Source: Pseudovirgaria hyperparasitica (taxonomy: Eukaryota). From it: a stretch of DNA of 64,000 nucleotides. Under the pieces are notes generated by a model. That model was not told the origin of the DNA and searched no databases. It saw nothing but the letters and a program-made list of their open reading frames with translations. Numbering within the stretch: position 1 is the first letter of the stretch; each line of letters opens with the position of its first letter. The translations under genes and the position numbers were made by a program. The stretch lies in NCBI GenBank assembly GCA_010093815.1, contig ML996574.1. One strand, written 5' to 3'. Shown piece after piece: positions 47,876 through 60,059 of the stretch.

Positions 47876-50800
47876 ATGGCGACCACATCATCCATGTTCA
47901 TGTACTCGCTGAGTCTGGTGCCTTCGTCAGCGATCACGCAAGCCATTGTTGGACTTTTTGCGGGCACTAAAGAACAATTCATTTTGTCAGCAAGCGGATC
48001 ACGTCTCATATTGTCGCGGTTAAACGCCAGCACCGGGAAGCTCGTCACTGTACTTTCTACTGATACCTTTAGCGTCATACGATCAATCTCGACGGTACGT
48101 CTAGCAGGAAGTCTGCTTGACTACATAGTCGTAACCAGTGACTCAGGGCGAATAACAATCCTGGAGTATATCCAGAAAGGGAACTTTTTCAAACGAATAC
48201 ACCTCGAGACATATGGCAAATCAGGTGTTCGACGTGTCATACCGGGCCAGTATCTCGCGGCTGACCCTAAAGGAAGGGCTCTCATGATTGCTTCAGCAGA
48301 GAAGAACAAGCTCGTATACGTCTTAAATCGCAATGTTAATGCCGAGCTTACAATTTCGTCGCCACTCGAGGCACACAAACACTACGCACTAGTGTTTGCA
48401 CTCATAGGTGTCGATGTCGGATACGAGAACCCAATCTTTGCCGCTCTAGAGATTGACTACGAAGAATCAGATCAGGATCCTTCAGGTCGCGCATTCGAAG
48501 AACTAGAGAAGCACCTTGTCTACTACCAGCTCGACCTTGGTTTGAACCACGTCGTTAGGAAATGGACAGACACTGTTGATCGTACAGCAAACATGCTATT
48601 CCAGGTTCCTGGCGGCGAGGATGGACCCAGTGGTGTCTTGGTCTGTGCAGAGGAGTCCATCTCATATCGCCACATGGATGAAGAGGCTTTACGCATCCCG
48701 ATCCCTCGACGAGGTGGTGCTACTGAAGATAGTAGACGGAAACGCTACATCACTGCTGGTGTCATGCACAAGATGCGGGGTGACTTCTTCTTCCTTCTCC
48801 AGACGGAAGATGGTGATCTTTTCAAAGTCAAGCTCATAACGGACGAAGAGGACCCGTCGAAGAAATCATTGTCCATCAAATACTTTGACACTGTCCCTTT
48901 GGCCACCGCTCTCATAATCCTCCGAAGTGGATTCCTCTTTGTGGCGAGTGAGACAGGGGACCACCGAGTGTATCAGTTTGAGAAACTTGGTGACGATGAT
49001 AATGAGACGGAATGGACAAGCGACCAATTCTCAGCGGACTCAGATGAACCTATGAAGCCTGTATACTTCCAGCCTCGGGCGTACGAGAACATCACACCAT
49101 TTGAGTCAGTCTCTTGCATGAATCCGATGACTGGATGCAGGGTCACGAATTTGACAGGCGAAGATGCACCTCAAATTTATACCGTCTCTGGACTCGGCGC
49201 CCGCAGTCAATTCAAGACCCTCCGACACGGTCTAGAAGTATCGGAAATAGTCGCATCAGATCTGCCCAACTACCCCTCTGCTGTTTGGACAACAAAGAAG
49301 ACTGTCGCTGATCAGTACGATGCATATATTGTACTCTCTTTTTCTAACGCTACGCTTGTTCTTGCTGTCGGAGAGACTGTTGAAGAAGCCACAGACACTG
49401 GATTCTTGACGTCAGCTCCCACTATTGGTGTTCAGGTAGCGGAAGATTCAATCATCCAGATACATCCTCGTGGTATTCGTCAAATTCGCGCAAGCGGATC
49501 TCTGGAAGAATGGGAAGTACCGCAACATCGTACTATCGTCTGCGCTACGAGCAATGAGAAACAGGTTGTAGTCGCGCTTAGCTCTGGAGAGTTGATCTAT
49601 TTCGAAGTCGACACCGATTCTGGCGGTCTAGGAGAATACGAGGAAAGGCCTCAGATGAGCGGCACTGTCACTTCGCTGAGTCTAGGTGACGTTCCTCAAG
49701 GGAAAATGAGGAGTCCATTCCTAGCTGTAGGCTGCGACGATTCCACTGTTCGTATCTTAAGCGTGGAACCTGAGACGTGCCTGGAAAGCAAATCGATTCA
49801 AGCTGTATCAGCTTCACCAACTGCGCTGATGATAATGGCCATGGAAGATTCATCGTCTGGTGCTATGACCTTGTATCTTCACATCGGTCTTTACTCTGGC
49901 GTTTATCTGCGCACCGTTGTCGATGAAGTGACTGGAGACCTTTCGGATACCAGAACCCGCTTCTTAGGTGCCAAGCCTGTCAAGCTATTCTCTGTAACAG
50001 TACAAGAGCAGCCTGCGATACTGGCATTAGCCTCTCGATCATGGCTGGGCTATTCTGACAATCAAAGTAAAGCCTTCCAAATGACGCCTTTGAGCTATAC
50101 CCCGTTGGAATTTGGTTGGAATTTCAGCAGTGAAGTTTGCACCGAGGGGATAGTTGGTATCGAGGGTCAGAGTGTCCGGTAAGTTATTATCTCTTGTCTC
50201 TTTGCTAACCAACATGATGAGAACTCTGAACCTACTGCTCTGTCGCAAATGGGGATAAAGAAGAAAAAATTCCAATTGTTCCTTCTGACGTTGGTCGTCG
50301 TCATCGCCTTTAACATCCTCTCTCTTTGATGATCCCATGTTAACGCTGCGGCTAGGATCTTTACTGTCGACCGACTAGAGGAAAACATGATACGAGAGGC
50401 CATCTCGCTGGCACATACCCCACGCGCATTTGTACAGAATCCTGAACAAGCCTTGTTTTACGTTGGCGAGGCCGACTATAACACACTGTCGAAAGCGTCC
50501 AGAGCGAAGCTTCTGGCAGACGAAATGTCCGACCAAGATCGGCTACCAGCTGAGGAGTTCGGCTACCCGCGAGCAACGGACCACTGGGCATCTTGCATTG
50601 AAATTGTGGATCCGATAGAGAAAAAAGCAGTATTGGAAACGATCCACTTGGAGGGCAACGAAAACATCTGTAGCATCACTGTCGCGGCGTTTTCAAGTCA
50701 GGACGACGAATCATTTCTGGTAGTCGGTACCGGTGTGGACGTGAAAGTCTTACCGCCCTCATCAAAGGGTGGTTATATTCATATTTATCGCTTCCTTGAT

Positions 50801-51661
50801 GAAGGAAGGTCTCTGGAATTCATCCACAAGACTAAAGTTGAAGAGCCACCCCTTACACTTCTTGGCTTTCAAGGTCGCCTTCTGGCAGGTGTTGGAAATA
50901 CGCTGCGAATCTACGAACTGGGAATGAAACAGCTGCTTCGCAAATCACAACTACCCAAAGCTGTGCCGCGGAAATTAGTTGGGCTCACGACCCAAGGCTC
51001 ACGAATCATATGCTCTGACATTCAGGAGAGCGTGACGTACGTGGTGTACAAATATGCGGACAACCGGCTGATATCGTTCTGCGACGATGCTTTCGCCAGG
51101 TGGACCACTTGCACTACCATGGTGGATTACGAGACAGTGGCCGGTGGTGACAAGTTCGGCAACGTATGGCTTGTACGATGCCCATCCAAAGTGTCAGAGG
51201 TGGCAGATGAAGAGGGCAGCGGAGCACATTTGGTTCATGAAAAAGGCTACCTTGGCGGTACATCCCACAGACTGGACCAGCTTGTGCACAACTTTACACA
51301 GGATATTCCAACGTCAATACAAAAAGTTTCGTTGGTCGCGGGCGGACGAGACATCATTCTATGGGCTGGATTTCAGGGTACCATAGGCCTACTTATTCCA
51401 TTCGCATCACGCGACGACGTCGATTTCTTTCAAAAGTTGGAGATGGAGATGAGAAGTGTGGATTCGCCGTTGACAGGTCGCGATCATCTTATATATCGAT
51501 CCTACTATGTTCCTGTCAAGGGGGTAATTGACGGAGATCTGTGTGAGCGATTCTCGATCCTCAAGCGGGAAGTCAAAGAGAGGATAGCTGGTGAGCTTGA
51601 GCGTACGGTCCGGGAGGTTGAGAGGAAGATACAGGACATGCGTACGAGACACGCGTGGTAG
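47876..51661 (+). CDS. RSE1: Pre-mRNA splicing factor Rse1 (SF3B3), ~1202 aa, 2 exons
   Basis: Exons 47876-50178 and 50356-51661. Motifs [74 protein letters not shown]. Confidence 0.96.
50209..50294 (+). ncRNA. Intronic box C/D snoRNA, snR41/SNORD62-type guide for an 18S rRNA 2'-O-methyl-A
   Basis: Box C ATGATGA (50214-50220), box D CTGA (50285-50288), terminal stem CCAAC/GTTGG. The 13-nt guide TCCAATTGTTCCT next to box D is complementary to conserved fungal 18S AGGAACAAUUGGA. Confidence 0.8.
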
Positions 51662-52630
51662 TGTGATATCACGATGTAATTATAGCAAAACGAGATGAAG
51701 ACGAGCAACAAGCTCTGTGATGACTGAAGAAGTATCGGCTGCCAAGCCACGAAATGACATAGCATGCGTAATGTTTAGCTCTGTCGCCGAACTGAATTGA
51801 ATTTGCATCGAGCATTGATGCATGCTTTGTTGATGTAATCATAATACCCAACATCCAATGTATGGAGACGGGCGGATGCTGATGTCATAGCTTTGTCTTG
51901 CAATTACACGGAGTACGGTGGATGCACAGCACGGCAATGCACAGCGGAGGAGCATGTGCACAAAGCTACGCGCTCGCACAAAGACACGTGCATCTGAGTT
52001 CTGACTATATATAATTTGTATGGTCGTTCAGACAACGGAGATATAGGACACACTATTAAATGATATCTCTATGATACTGGAGGTGAGTACTAGTTAGTAG
52101 ACGAATGCCAAGCGGGTGGCGAAGGGGCGCTTGACTACTCGCGGCCCGCTAATCAGCCACCAGACTTGCTTGAGCCCTCGGGCGCTTGTGTGCTCTGATC
52201 CATGAGACTTGACACTTGAGACTCCTCCCTCCAGCCCTTCGTCACGCTTGAAACACCTTCCAGCTTCAACCCCCAATATCGTCTGTCTGGCCCTTACGCC
52301 GCCCTTTTCCCTTTACATTCTTCGCCTCAATACCTCACCCATTTCCATCTTCTTTCTCCGTCTCAATCTACTCCACTCGTGCGCGCAGGCCGCTGTGCCT
52401 CTCTCTCTTTCCTTCCCCTCTTGCTTAGATATCATCAAGCCTGTCTGCAACCCAAGGGAGCGCTATCCGTACACTCGACCTTTAACGATTCCGAAGCTCT
52501 GTGAATACCAAGATAGTGCCACGATCGCTCATACCAAGCAACTAGGACTGGATCATCACACGAGGACGATCCGCTTCAGGCGGCAGTTGGGCCTCTGCCG
52601 GAACCTCTGATAACACTGTCGCATAACAAT

Positions 52631-54270
52631 ATGCGCTTCTCAACACACACAACTCTCGTGCGGTCCTACCGACCAGCTCAACATGAACCATCCTCTCCTC
52701 CAACGATGTTCTCGAGTCCGGAAAATATGCAAAACACATATAACGAACCGATCAGGATAGGGCATGAATCCATCAGTTCTACTGGCAAAGGCATCCTTAT
52801 TGGCATGCTGACCGCCTTTGGGACTGCGACTTTGGCCGGCATCTTCATCGCTCTTGTCTACTTCTTCCGCTACACTCGTCCGGGCCGTATCTTCTTAGAC
52901 CGAATAGGCAGACCCGGTGAATACGATGACGAGCAGGCTTTTGCCAAAGAAGAGGCGGAAGCTTTGGAAGAAATGGATGATATGCAACGAACAGAGTACC
53001 TGAGGGCGAAAGGTATGTTGCTCACAGAAGATTCAAGGCGAAACAGACACTGATATTTCTTTCACTGCAGCATTTATACAAGCGAATCCTCCCGAATCTG
53101 TCCAGACCGACATCTCTTTATCACAATTTTTGGCAATACAGGAGAAGGGAGTCTCTGCGTGGGAATTCGAGCCAGAACTAGAAATCGCAAATTGTTTTGT
53201 TGAGGGTCGAACCGAGATTGAGTTCTTCGACTCGGAATGCTGCGTTCAAAGTAACCTGCCGATCCCCAAGCAGAACGAGGTATACTATTGGGAGTCCAAG
53301 ATATACGATAAGCCTGAATCGACCACTATAAGCATTGGCTTGACCACCAAGCCGTATCCATTGTTCAGGTTGCCAGGTCAGTAATTCCTTCAATTTATCG
53401 CTATTCAGCAGACCTTAACCATTTTTAGGCTCTCACAAGCAGTCTGTTGCATATACTTCTCCTGGATCTCGTCGATATAATCAGCCTTTTACCCCTACCG
53501 CGTACGGCCCCGCATTCGTCCAGGGCGATGTTATTGGTGTAGGTTACCGTCCTCGGACTGGCACCGTCTTCTTCACTCGCAATGGTAAAAAGCTTGATGA
53601 TGTCACGCACGGACTCAAGACGCAGAACTTTTTCCCAACTGTCGGGGCCAATGGTCCATGCCAAGTCCATGTCAACTTTGGTCAGATGGGTTTCGTTTTT
53701 ATCGAAGCAAACGTCAAGAAGTGGGGCCTTGCGCCAATGACCGGTAGTCTTGCTCCGCCACCTCCATATGGTAGTGAGCAAGGCAGCATCCTCCTAGAAG
53801 GCGGACGAGAAGGAGTCAGGGAAGGGATGGGCTTATCTGGATTCAACTATACCCATGGCCGCAGCGCCAGTGCACAAATGCGTCTTGGATCACGCCATCC
53901 CACCTCACCTGGCCCACAGCGCAGTCCAACGGATATCTCACTTACTCGTTTCAGCATCGTGGACGAACAAGAAGGTGGCAGTGAGGCTGGCGAAGGAACG
54001 AGTGAATTCTCTGGCTACGACCAAACGGAGGTTGGACTCGGTCTACAAACAAATTTCTCGCCATCACGATTACCAGCCGGCGAAGCACCTCCGGAGTATG
54101 AAAGTCCAGACAGCACTCCTGATCGAGAACGTCAGATACCGTTTGGCCAAAATCGACGCTCAAAGCCTCGGGAGGATGATAGGCAGCGATTACTTCCACC
54201 GATCCCGAGCTACGACGCTGCGGTCGCACAATCAAACCAAAGCAATCGTGGCCGGAGTAGTACACGATAA
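52631..54270 (+). CDS. SSH4: Ssh4-like SPRY-domain membrane Rsp5 adaptor, ~509 aa, 3 exons (start may be a downstream ATG)
   Basis: Exons 52631-53012, 53071-53376, 53429-54270. One N-terminal TM segment, IQEKGVSAWEF, TKPYPLFRLPG, GDVIGVGY, FFTRNGKK, and PPxY motifs PPPY and PPEY. Confidence 0.9.
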
Positions 54271-54915
54271 ATCTTTCATTGCATCCTTCACTATCATTTA
54301 CGATCATCATAACTTTTAGCGTGCGTTTGGGGTCTCATCCGATATCAAGAATTTGCTTTGTGGGCTGAGGCGTGTGTCCTGGGATAGTATGATCTTACGG
54401 AGAGCGGTCTGTGTCTGGGTTTTTTGGCTTGGGTTTGGACAACTGCGACGAATTGATATCCCTAAATACCTGGATGAGGTGAGAAGGTAACGAAAGGCGA
54501 GGATGCGAAAGATTAATTGCATTTGTACTTGAGATCGGACTAACGAGTCGCACCATACACGCTCAACTTATATTTACGTACTATGAACAATAATCAACAA
54601 CGCGTTCACTATAACAAAGCTCAGCGATCTTGTAATGCGACATGTAGCATTTCGAAATCCTTGACGGTTCACTTTGCAGTCTTGGTACAAAAGTGATAGT
54701 ATGCCCACCCGATACCAAAGCGGAAATGATCGACCACCGCGATTTTTATGTCTCAGGCTTTTACCATATAAGTCAGGAAGCGGTCTTAAATCACGAGCAA
54801 TTTAACTCTCTTTGCTGATCAAAAACAACGACCGTCATGCATGCTGCACTGTCGTACTAGTTTATTCCCGTGTAGAAATACTCGGATCGTGTGCGCGACA
54901 CCGAGACACTCAAGG

Positions 54916-55276
54916 ATGCCAATCTCTGCAGAGTCGTCGCACGAAGCGCCGCCGCCGCACAGCCTAGATCCAAGAACCGCATCACAAGAAGAGGAAGCAC
55001 AATATGCAAACGACGACGACGACGACGACAGCAAGGACATTGCCCTCCAAGTCGTCGGCGACCATGCACAGGCCATTGACCCGGACGTCGAAAGGCGCGT
55101 TGTTCGCAAGATCGACTTGTTTCTCATCCCGGCCATGATGATGGGGTATGGACTTGTGTATTACGATAAGGTGAATATGCCCTTTTCCTTCTTTCCCCTT
55201 TAATTCCCCTTTTTTCAAGACCCTCCTTGAAGCCGACTGTGTCTGGGTATTGTATACACACGTAAACCTCCCCTAG

Positions 55277-55312
<36 letters not shown>

Positions 55313-56781
55313 TAACAAAGCCACATCCACAACTCCCAGGCCATCCTCGGCTCCGCCGTCCTCTTCGGCATGACAACAGACCTACACCTCACAACCACAA
55401 CCACCACCCCCAGCACCACCACCACCACCACCGCACCCGCAACAACAACCTCCACCACACGCCTCTCCTGGGCAACCTCGCTCTTCTACATCGGCATGCT
55501 AGCAGGCCTATACCCGACCACGCTCGCGCAGCAACACTTCCGACGCGCACACGTACTGTGCCTCCTCGTCGTCCTCTGGGGCACAACATGCATGCTGACC
55601 GCCGCCGTGACGACGTACCAGGGTCTCTACGCGCAGCGATTCGCGCTCGGGTTCGTGGAGAGCGGCGTGCCGACGGGGTTTATGGGCGTGATAGCGGGGT
55701 TCTACACGCGGCGGGAGCAGGCTGTGCGGCAGAGTTTGTGGGTGAGTAGTACGGGGTTGTTTACTGTTTTGGGGGGCGGGATGAGTTATGGGTTTGCGCA
55801 GGTAGGGGGGAAGGGACAGGAGGGCGGGGTGAGGGGGTGGCAGGGGGTGTATTTGATGGCTGGTGGGGTGACGGTTTTGTTTGCGGGGTGGTGTTTGGGT
55901 GTGCCGGAGGGACCGGGGCGGGCTTGGTTTTTGAGTGTGGAGGAGAGGAGGACGGGGGTGGAGAGGTTGAGGAGGGGGATGATGGGGGTGGGGTGTCGGC
56001 GGATTAAGGGGGTGCAGGTGAGGGAGGCGGTGTTGGATGTGAAGGTGTGGTTGGTTGTTGTTATGATGGCTTCTGCGTAAGCGCGTGGTTTTTGGAGATG
56101 ATGGTGGATGGGATGTGCTGACTGTTGCGTAGGTACACGATTAATGGGGCAGTTGCGGGCTTTGGGCCGTTGATTGTTTCGACTTTTGGGTATACGCCGC
56201 TGGAGTCGATACTACTTCAGTTTCCCTTGGGGACATTGTGTTTCATCAGCATTCTGGTGTCTGGGTACCTGAGCACTCGGTTCAAGAACGTCATGATTCC
56301 GATCCTTCTGCTCAATACCGGACCGGTCATCGCTGGGTGTATAACCATCTGGAAATCCTCGTGGGAGCCGCCACGGCCAGTAGGTCCAGTAATCGGCTAC
56401 ACGCTCATCGGGACGTTTGGCGCCGTAGTAAGCCAAATAATCGTGCTGGGCATGTCAAATGTGGCAGGCCAAACTAAGAAGAGTATCATGGCGGCCGCCA
56501 TATTCGTAGCATACTGCGTTGGGAATATTGTCGGACCTCAGCTGATCAAGAGCGAGACAAAGGCTCAGCACTACCCTGAGCTGTGGACTGGACTGATAAT
56601 ATGCTACTGCATTACTGTTGCTGCTACTCTCGCTCTTTGGTTCGTAATGTGGAAGGAGAACAGAACGAGAGATGCGCACGCACAGAGAGCTGGGCAGTCT
56701 TACAATGATGACGAGCGTGATAAGCTCGCTTTTCAGGACTTGACAGACAAGCAGAACCCATACTTTCGGTATGTATGGTAG
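54916..56781 (+). CDS. MFS allantoate/dipeptide permease (Dal5 family), ~546 aa, 3 exons
   Basis: Exons 54916-55170, 55340-56076, 56133-56781. Motifs RKIDLFLIP, YYDKAILG, FYTRREQ..R, NVAGQTKK, GNIVGPQ, FQDLTDKQNPYFRYV. Confidence 0.9.
55277..55312. repeat. (CAT)n microsatellite in intron 1 of the MFS permease
   Basis: About 12 consecutive CAT units. Confidence 0.9.
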
Positions 56782-56805
56782 GGTAGAGGTAGTCTCCAGA
56801 AATCT

Positions 56806-57909
56806 TTATTCCACGACTGCTGGCTGTGGCTTGGTCTGGGTGGCCAGCCTCGCCTCTCTCCTTGAATCTTCTTGCTTTGCGTCGACGTTTTGTAGGAAAT
56901 CCATACGCGCAAGGTAGCCTTGCTTGGATTTTCCATACTCGTCCAATTCATCTGCAATTCCTTCTTTGTCCACGAACCCAGCCCAATCGAGTCGCGACTT
57001 GTCGACCGTGTTGACTTTCTGCGCTTTAGGATCGAGAACTCTGACTTGCTGTGGTGGCTGCGGAACAATGCCTGCTTGATCGGTTCCAGCAACGGGTGCT
57101 CTTCGTGGCCAGAATCGCTGGTACTTGGGATCCAGATTTTTTACGTAGCCAGTCGGGTTCGGTTCAAAGCGAGATGGACGCTTCGGGGGCCGAACAACAG
57201 GTGGTGGCCCTTCTACGACTTCATCCGGACCATTGGAGTCAGCATTCTCCTTTTCCGAGTCATCCTTCTTATCCTCTTGCTGAGATAGGTATAGCTTCGC
57301 TTCTTTTGAAGATTTCAGTACTCGCTTCTCTTCCGTGTGAACTTCCCCGGCAAACCTATACGTCCGCTTGACAGTCATATAGTCATCACTATCCTCGACA
57401 TTCACCGGTTTATCATGAGCCTTGCCATCCTCGTTCTCCGAAGCGACCTGCTCGACGGCTCGACCCACAGGCGCACTCGACAATCGTGCCCAGACGGATT
57501 CGAGATCAATAGTAGCACCGTCAACCTTTGCCAATTTCCGATGCTCTTTCTGTTCAGTCCGTCTCTGAGCCCGTGTTTTGATCAAGCCTCCTTCGCCGCC
57601 TTCATCGTCGGAGAAGACCACAATGTCGTCGTCATCCCCCCCGGCTTCTTTAGAACCCTTCTTCCTCTTCTTTGTTGCCTTGCGTCTAGCTTGTATGGTG
57701 GCCTCGTCGCCAGAGTCTAGTTCGGCATCATTTTTCCGCTTCTTGCTTTTTGCAGACGGTTGATTCGCAGCAGCTTCGTCCTCGGAAGAGCTCGAGACAT
57801 CATCTTGAGGTGCGCTATCCGGATTGAAGTCTTCATCGGAAGCGGAGTCATATTCATCTTCGCCTTGAGCAGCATCAAGTGCTCCACTCAGCTTTTCGTC
57901 GCCTGCCAT
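56806..57909 (-). CDS. SWC5: SWR1 complex subunit Swc5 (BCNT-C domain), 367 aa
   Basis: Acidic YDSASDEDFNPD, LIKTRAQR, RTYRFAGE, and C-terminal KVNTVDKSRLDWAGFVDKEGI.DEL...K.GYL...FL. Confidence 0.92.
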   Translation of the reverse strand: MAGDEKLSGALDAAQGEDEYDSASDEDFNPDSAPQDDVSSSSEDEAAANQPSAKSKKRKNDAELDSGDEATIQARRKATKKRKKGSKEAGGDDDDIVVFSDDEGGEGGLIKTRAQRRTEQKEHRKLAKVDGATIDLESVWARLSSAPVGRAVEQVASENEDGKAHDKPVNVEDSDDYMTVKRTYRFAGEVHTEEKRVLKSSKEAKLYLSQQEDKKDDSEKENADSNGPDEVVEGPPPVVRPPKRPSRFEPNPTGYVKNLDPKYQRFWPRRAPVAGTDQAGIVPQPPQQVRVLDPKAQKVNTVDKSRLDWAGFVDKEGIADELDEYGKSKQGYLARMDFLQNVDAKQEDSRREARLATQTKPQPAVVE

Positions 57910-58413
57910 GTAGATTAATAGCTAACCTTCAAGAGAAGATAATTACGCGCCGGGAGACCTAGAACGCGACTGTCCGTAATGTTGCCGGCTCCTTATAATT
58001 CACTATGGAGCAAGATAAAGCTGTGAACTGCTGCTTGAGCTTTGATGCACAGGGTGTCTCACCTACAGTGATCATACATTTGGATTCGATAAGCAAGTCA
58101 CCATGCACGGCAGACAATGAACATACTGCGAGGTCTTGTGTAGTTCGTGCTCCATCCCCTTCAAAAGCAGCAGACCTTGCCCTGAACTGTTGGTTCGTAG
58201 CACGGTCCAGCAGGCTGTTTTCTCTATGACGTAGTACCGCGACTCTCCGTAGCTGGGTAATAGTAGCTTCCAGACTACGACAAGCGTTCATATACTGTCA
58301 AGTTTCTCTCCATACTGTCTTGAAGCCAACCGTCGCAGCTCTTCAATCTCAGTCACGACATAGCTCATACATACTCTCCACTGACATCTCCGGTCGTATA
58401 ACAAACCGCAATC

Positions 58414-59057
58414 ATGTCCATCGACACATTCGCCGCCCTGCGTCGTCATCCCAATCACTCCCTGGCCGACACAGCCACAAAGCACCTCGAGAACGACCTC
58501 AGCCAGCAAGACCGCGATGTGTTGACCAATGCTGCTAAAAAGGTATCCACACACGCGACAGTTGGCTCGGTGGTTGGTCTAGGCCTGGGCCTCTTTGCTG
58601 CGATTCGTTTGCGCCAGAACAGGTTGGCTTTGTTCAAGTCATTCAGAGCAGCCGAGAAGCCTGTTCAGATTGTCTTTGAGGGTGGTCGGACAGGTAAGTG
58701 CCATGTCTCAGTTTCTGTGTTGGACAACAAATTGACGGCTCTGTAGAACCAGTACCTGATCTTACGCCACTATTGAAACCTACACCTCTCGGAGACATTG
58801 CAACGTACTTGTTCTTCTCAGCTGGAGGAATTTTCGTGGGCGGGGAGACGGGATTCTTAACGGGCTCCTATGCAGGGTCGAAAACGATAACAAAGGATCC
58901 AGAGACTAGACAGCGGGTTGAGGAGGCATTCAGGAGATTCAGGGTGGACCTGGTGAAGCAACAGCTGGACGAACTGGAGAAGGGCAGTAAGACTGGCTTA
59001 GCTGGGCTGGGAGCAGGAGATGTAACTGAAAAAACAGGAATGGGCGGATTGTGGTGA
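58414..59057 (+). CDS. Hypothetical membrane protein, ~196 aa, 2 exons
   Basis: Exons 58414-58693 and 58747-59057 (GTAAGT...TAG) splice in frame. Two Gly-rich hydrophobic segments. Confidence 0.8.
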
Positions 59058-59412
59058 ATAGTTCGCATTGTATTGTTGACTTGGTACAGGCACAATGGCG
59101 CGCGGGAAAAGAGCAATGCTTTAATGATTCATAAGTGATGAACATACATAATTCATGTTTATACACAACTCAAAGAGATTTCACCTTATTCCACGTCGCA
59201 AACAGGCCAGGCGTAAACATCTTGATCTTCACTAGCGCACGAAGAGCACTGCCCCACTTTTTAAACTCCCCACCTCGAGCTCCAAGCTCCCTCACATTAA
59301 CAACCAACAACACCCCGCAAGAAACTTCACGTTTTCCAAAGCACTTGCAAATATCTCTGAATCTCTACCTCGCTTCTATACTCCCAAACCTCTACACATC
59401 TGCTGTCCAATC

Positions 59413-60059
59413 ATGTCTGAACGTACCGCATTTCGTGGTTCCTCGCGTGGTCATCGTGGAGGCGGCGATCGCGGTGATCGCGGTGACCGTGGTTCGCGCG
59501 GCAGTTATCGAGGCGGGCGCGGCGGCGGCGCACACAATTACGAAGAGAAAGAACGCCCCAAGAAAGAGAACATCTTGGACCTATCGAAGTACATTGACAA
59601 GGATATCAATGTAAAGTTCAATGGCGGACGCGAGAGTATGTGAACCCTTGAGTGAAGATTGTCCCAAACAGGAGCACAGGAGCTAATTTGTGTGTTCACA
59701 GTCAAGGGAAAGCTCCGAGGTTTCGACGGTCTCATGAACCTAGTTCTTGACGATGTTTGGGAGACACTTCAAGGTACGGCGAACCATTCTGTAGATGCCG
59801 CCATGAGCGGCATGTCCCTGAGTATCACACCCTCCACTCACTCCAAGTCATGCTCCCATTGTTTCATGCCCATACACGCACACGCAATCTTCATAGATCT
59901 ACTATATTCTCTGACACCGCACTAGACGAGCAGGGAAAACCAGCCAAGCGCTTCCTCGGCCTCCTGGTGGCGCGCGGCACTCTCCTCACCATCATCAGTC
60001 CCTGTGATGGTAGTGAGGAGATACAGAATCCCTTCGCGCAGGAGGATGACGACGATTGA
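59413..60059 (+). CDS. LSM7: U6 snRNA-associated Sm-like protein Lsm7, ~142 aa, 3 exons
   Basis: Exons 59413-59635, 59702-59773, 59926-60059. RGG-rich N-terminus, PKKENILDLSKY.DK.I.VKFNGGRE..G.L.G.D.LMNLVLD, LGLLVARGT, SP.DGSEEI.NPF. Confidence 0.93.
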
